DNA of 64,000 nt from Antedon mediterranea. Lineage: Eukaryota > Animalia > Echinodermata. Location of the stretch: contig NC_092673.1 in NCBI RefSeq assembly GCF_964355755.1, positions 25,784,269-25,848,268 on the forward strand, read 5' to 3'. Every line of letters begins with the position of its first letter. The stretch's first letter is position 1. Under the pieces are notes generated by a model. The model did no database searches. It saw only the letters and a program-made list of their open reading frames with translations, and was not told the DNA's origin. Shown piece by piece: positions 63,846 to 64,000 of this stretch. Both the position numbers and the translations under genes were made by a program.

Positions 63846-64000
63846 GTAAATAAAACAAAAGACATTTAATTTTATAAACCTATAATTTAATCAAATAAGG
63901 GGAAACTAAAAAATTAAACTAGAGACTACAAAGTGACACAGATAACGCCAATTTACACAGTCTAGCAGTAATGGTAAGCGGAAAATCGTGTAGTTTGTCC

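Noticed and set aside
1-64000. Possibility of a CRISPR array or prokaryotic operon, given the many direct and inverted repeats.
   Set aside because: The sequence is clearly eukaryotic, with GT-AG introns in four conserved genes, SINEs and MITEs, and a telomere-like repeat. The regularly spaced repeats are tandem MITE copies and minisatellites, not repeat-spacer arrays.

Overview
This is an AT-rich (~65–70% AT) eukaryotic (metazoan, invertebrate-like) window with spliced genes, and the introns and intergenic space are dominated by MITEs and tRNA-derived SINEs. I could support four multi-exon protein-coding genes from GT-AG intron logic together with strong conservation of the translated exons.

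(1) An uncharacterised secreted, N-glycosylated protein on the minus strand, from 23005 down to 9241. It starts with a signal peptide and contains an internal 17-aa tandem repeat. The model is partial.

(2) L-fucose mutarotase (FUOM) on the plus strand. There are six coding exons, 26204..41457, with a ~9.9 kb first intron loaded with transposable elements.

(3) Syntaxin-18 (STX18, an ER Qa-SNARE) on the minus strand, 55049 down to about 44684. At least one small internal exon was not found, and the last exon is uncertain.

(4) VPS51 (the Ang2/fat-free subunit of the GARP/EARP complexes) on the plus strand, 14 coding exons from 55341 to 63845, running off the window.

STX18 and VPS51 are head-to-head. 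Their start codons are about 290 bp apart, so the pair appears to share a CpG-containing bidirectional promoter. FUOM and STX18 are tail-to-tail.

The FUOM proximal promoter carries two perfect CRE palindromes (TGACGTCA), a perfect kappaB-type palindrome (GGGAATTCCC) and an inverted CCAAT box.

The repeat landscape is as follows:
- A Stowaway-like MITE family with TA target-site duplications and the terminal inverted repeat AAGCTCTGTCTACACTATCAAAC, with 14 or more copies. Several sit 15–20 bp from VPS51 splice donors.
- A second MITE family with GGTTCCCACTAG terminal inverted repeats.
- A third MITE, AAGATGTATTGTCCCCC.
- Two tRNA-derived SINE families.
- A ~2.2 kb tandem segmental duplication (15.6–19.6 kb) with a nested ~460 bp duplication.
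- A minisatellite array and a ~4 kb long-inverted-repeat composite element inside an STX18 intron.
- A G-rich block prone to forming G-quadruplexes.
- At the very start of the window, 7 tandem copies of a 19-bp telomere-like unit (ACCCCWCCCTAACTACYTA, containing CCCTAA).

I see no rRNA, no bona fide tRNA gene and no CRISPR array. Coordinates of a few exons were anchored to the supplied ORF track and may be off by ±1.
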